This document shows, piece by piece, positions 63,619-64,000 of a stretch of 64,000 bases of DNA. The stretch lies in assembly GCA_964234715.1 (NCBI GenBank), contig OZ174289.1; one strand, written 5' to 3'. How positions within the stretch are numbered: position 1 is the stretch's first letter; each line of letters starts with the position of its first letter. A model generated the notes under the pieces. The model did no database searches. It worked only from the letters and a program-made list of their open reading frames with translations, and was not told the DNA's origin. The DNA comes from Podarcis melisellensis. Lineage: Eukaryota. A program made the position numbers and the translations under genes.

Positions 63619-63760
63619 TCATAGAATCATAGAACTGTAGAGTTGGAAGGGGGCCCAAGGGTCATCTAGTCCAGCTCTTTGCAGTGCATGAATCTCAACT
63701 AAAGCGTCCATGACAGATGGCCATCCAACCTCTGCTAAAAACCTCCAAGGAAGGAGAGCA
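63619..63760 (-). mobile_element. CR1 LINE 3' end
   Basis: (CATAGAAT)x2 tail, then GTAGAGTTGGAAGGG...GTCATCTAGTCC...GACAGATGGCCATCCAACCTCTG. Confidence 0.85.
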
Positions 63761-64000
63761 CACAGCAATAAATATATCCTATATAATATAAATGCAATAA
63801 ATAAAAAATAATAATAATAGTAAAGACGTTGGTGATTTCAATGGGTCTAAAAATGTTTTTCTTAAATCACCTCTCTCCCTCAATTGGACACTTGAACTCC
63901 TCCTCCCCAAAATTTGAGCTGAAAATGATCAAGCAATGATTTTTTGCTTAGTCTTACAGTTAAATTAACAGTGAAACCAAGAACCATTGCCCTATTCTGA

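Noticed and set aside
1-64000. Most ORFs in the six-frame track as genes
   Set aside because: Short, many with non-ATG starts, no recognisable domains, often inside SINEs or MITEs; expected by chance in vertebrate DNA.

Overview
Repeat-rich vertebrate genomic DNA, not prokaryotic. The repeat complement (Sauria SINEs, Squam3-like SINEs, CR1, L2, RTE, L1, Rex1/Babar, pogo/Tigger-like and hAT-like MITEs) points to a squamate, probably a lacertid lizard (inference from recalled repeat families). I recognised no intact host protein-coding exon: the window looks intronic or intergenic, and most of the ORF track is chance ORFs. There is one assembly gap (34211-34353). Highlights: (1) a three-layer retro-composite at 35458-37988, in which a 5'-intact, RT-less RTE element with a perfect 12-bp TSD is interrupted inside its endonuclease frame by an intronless MPV17L2 retrocopy ending in an L2-type LINE tail with (ATT)n and no poly(A), suggesting mRNA retroposition by non-L1 machinery; (2) a young solo LTR (59115-59940, 5-bp TSD) that is almost entirely one reading frame broken by a single homopolymer frameshift; (3) a 1.2-kb non-autonomous L1-like element with TSD whose 5' terminus carries adjacent CTCF and YY1 motifs; (4) a decayed Tc1 transposase fragment of a type I recall from fish; (5) several nested TE insertions with readable TSDs. 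All family names are by-eye assignments with no database search.
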